Positions 25,517 to 27,561 of a stretch of DNA of 27,561 nt are shown here, piece after piece. Both the position numbers and the translations under genes were made by a program. Position 1 is the stretch's first letter. Each line of letters begins with the position of its first letter. Under the pieces are notes generated by a model. That model had not been told where the DNA came from, made no database searches, and saw only the letters and a program-made list of their open reading frames with translations. Source of the stretch: a virus (lineage: Duplodnaviria > Caudoviricetes); IMG/VR virus record IMGVR_UViG_3300043468_000482, positions 1 to 27,561 of that record, one strand, 5' to 3'.

Positions 25517-26928
25517 TACTGTACTGCCTCCCAATTGACCTCTTCACCAGGATCACCGCCTTTGAATTTATAACCATCTTTAACAGTGCCGATTGCTATG
25601 CCGGATGCTGTTTTAGATCGTTCTAATCTTTGTAAAAGATCCGGATATTTTGCTATGGCTTTTTGATTGACGTCATACACCACACGCAACGCCGCCTTGC
25701 GTGCTTCCGTTGGTGTGCGAGGATCGGCAATAGCACCCGCTGCGCCTTCCATCATTTTCTGCTCATAATCGGAAATAGCGCCAGCGCCAACTAATGATTT
25801 GGCCAATCCTTTGATTTGCGCTTGAATGGGTTGCAGTTCAGCCGTAGCAGTAAAGGATTCATCTTGTTTACCAAACTCCCCAGATGTAATGCCTTTCACT
25901 CTAGCTTCTAAACCGCTAGACATAGATTTATCAATCAAAGCGTTAATTGATTCAATCGGCGGCAATGTCTCTAGCGTTGAAACTTTGGTTTCTGCTGTTT
26001 CCTTTTTGCCTGCTGCGCTTTTAGCTTCTTCAATTGCGGTGGTTTCCTCAACCTTAGCTTTGCGCTCCATTTCTTTACGCTGTTCTGACGTTATAAATTG
26101 ACCGGAAGGTAGTCTTTGTTTAACCGCATCTGCCAACATAGCGCCGATCCTGACTTTTTCAGGGCTGCCATTTGGCAATGCTTGAAACTGTTGTTGCATC
26201 ATTTGAATATCTGCATCCGTAAGCGCCTCAGAGCGTGCGCCTTGCGGGATTTCAGCGGGTTGCAATGCCGGTGCGCCTTGTTTTGGAATGCCAGGCTTTA
26301 TCATCGGTCCTTGCGGAGTCATGTAAGTTTCTGGCAACTCACGCATACCGGTTTCCTTTGCAATAGCCGCCTGTTGTTCCATGTATGGAGATTTATAATC
26401 AAATCCAATTGCTGCATTTAAGATTGCGTCTGGCGTCGCTTCTTCAGGATCAAAATTTTTCGGCATTTTTATGCCTGACTTTTCCAATCCGGCAATAGTT
26501 CTGCCAATTTCAACATTAAATTTTGCGCGCGCCTGTTGTTCGCCCATGGTTGCCACATCGCGCTTATATTGTTCTGCAATCGGTGCGAAAGTATGCGCTC
26601 TTATTTTAGATTCTTCATATAATTGCCTGCGCTGCCGCTCTTCCATTTGGCTTGCAATGTTTTGCATGTCAGCTTGTTGCTTCATCATATCAAACTGACT
26701 TTTGCTGTATTGCTGGGCAAATTGCGGGCTAATTGCGCCGATTTCAGACAAGTTCGGGTTTGCGCTACGCTGAAACAATTCGCGTAATTGCTGCTCTGCT
26801 TCAAACTGTCTACGCTTGTCTTGCAGTTCCAAATTGCGAACTTCCTGTTCTTGCATGACACGATAACCGCGCATCGGGTCAGCGGCTTGGCTTAACAAGT
26901 TACTATACAATTCAGTTAAATCGCCCAT
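25516..26928 (-). CDS. DNA ejection protein (P22 gp20-like position)
   Basis: 470 aa, Q/A/E-rich and helical; GAGAISDYE and C-terminal DGYKFKGGDP...W motifs. Confidence 0.7.
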   Translation of the reverse strand: MGDLTELYSNLLSQAADPMRGYRVMQEQEVRNLELQDKRRQFEAEQQLRELFQRSANPNLSEIGAISPQFAQQYSKSQFDMMKQQADMQNIASQMEERQRRQLYEESKIRAHTFAPIAEQYKRDVATMGEQQARAKFNVEIGRTIAGLEKSGIKMPKNFDPEEATPDAILNAAIGFDYKSPYMEQQAAIAKETGMRELPETYMTPQGPMIKPGIPKQGAPALQPAEIPQGARSEALTDADIQMMQQQFQALPNGSPEKVRIGAMLADAVKQRLPSGQFITSEQRKEMERKAKVEETTAIEEAKSAAGKKETAETKVSTLETLPPIESINALIDKSMSSGLEARVKGITSGEFGKQDESFTATAELQPIQAQIKGLAKSLVGAGAISDYEQKMMEGAAGAIADPRTPTEARKAALRVVYDVNQKAIAKYPDLLQRLERSKTASGIAIGTVKDGYKFKGGDPGEEVNWEAVQ

Positions 26929-26942
26929 GTTTTTACTCTAAG

Positions 26943-27560
26943 TTATGTGCCAATGCCATATTGCCAATTATCGCCTCGCATTCCCCATGGTAACTGACTG
27001 TTGGGAGTGCTTCCGCTAATTGAGCCAGTATTCTGAGTGGCGTCGTAAATACCGCGACCAGCGTTATAAATTGATCCAGCGTTAGATAAAATGCCGCCTA
27101 TGGCCGCATATGGGGCCATTGCGCCAACGCCACTCGCTTCTGTAAGTGACCTATACGGCGCTGCCATTTCAGCCGCTGTGCCGGCTCCTATGCGTCCTAG
27201 ATTAGCTGCTGATTCAGCGCCTAAAGTAGCCGCGCCGCCATAGATATTAGCTGCTTGGCCGCGTGATCCTAACCGTTGCGCGTAGTTCTGTTGGTTCTGT
27301 TGTAATTGCGACATGCCATATTGCTGCTGTTGGCTAAGATTCTGCTCAAATGCTTTACCGTACGCTTGCTGCGCACGCTGCCACGCATTCTGAAAGCCAG
27401 TCGATGCAACGCCCTGCCCGTATTTCATAGCGGCTTTTTGTTGAGCGCCGGACAACAAACCACCGCGTGCTGCTGCACCCTGTCCCAACGCCTGCAATCC
27501 TTGCTCCAATTCAAATTGATAGCCAGGAGTCGCTTGCAGTTCGGCCAAATTGCGCACCAT
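26943..27560 (-). CDS. DNA transfer protein, P22 gp7-like (5' partial)
   Basis: PGYQFELEQG...AAARGGLLSG signature; G/A/Q-rich. Confidence 0.8.
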   Translation of the reverse strand: MVRNLAELQATPGYQFELEQGLQALGQGAAARGGLLSGAQQKAAMKYGQGVASTGFQNAWQRAQQAYGKAFEQNLSQQQQYGMSQLQQNQQNYAQRLGSRGQAANIYGGAATLGAESAANLGRIGAGTAAEMAAPYRSLTEASGVGAMAPYAAIGGILSNAGSIYNAGRGIYDATQNTGSISGSTPNSQLPWGMRGDNWQYGIGT

Positions 27561-27561
27561 G

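Noticed and set aside
159-26698. Numerous antisense or alternate-frame ORFs in the track (e.g. 506-793, 9038-9445, 18614-19009, 24702-24986)
   Set aside because: Shadows of well-supported genes, without RBS or recognisable motifs.

Overview
About 27.5 kb of a dsDNA tailed phage (P22/APSE-like podovirus, probably with a proteobacterial host). Virion genes lie on the minus strand at both ends, so the structural module appears to continue outside the window. The left arm (minus) runs primase-helicase, GTAC-iteron spacer, RusA, small nucleotide-metabolism genes, terS, HNH-AP2, terL, portal, scaffold, coat and a partial head-accessory gene. The middle (plus) holds Sak4-like ATPase, DUF669 SSB, an SNF2 helicase-DNA methyltransferase fusion, a PD-(D/E)xK nuclease, an SF2 helicase, then an accessory region with thyX. 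The right arm (minus) has ejection proteins, tail fibre, chaperone and lysis genes. No integrase or cI/cro repressor is visible. Most unusual: the larger intergenic regions fold into elaborate RNAs with G-U wobbles. One has a P4-CI/P1-C4-like loop-target architecture and sits where a repressor gene would be expected, and a 21-nt hairpin recurs 9.8 kb away with compensatory changes. Family calls come from motif recognition by eye; no searches were run.
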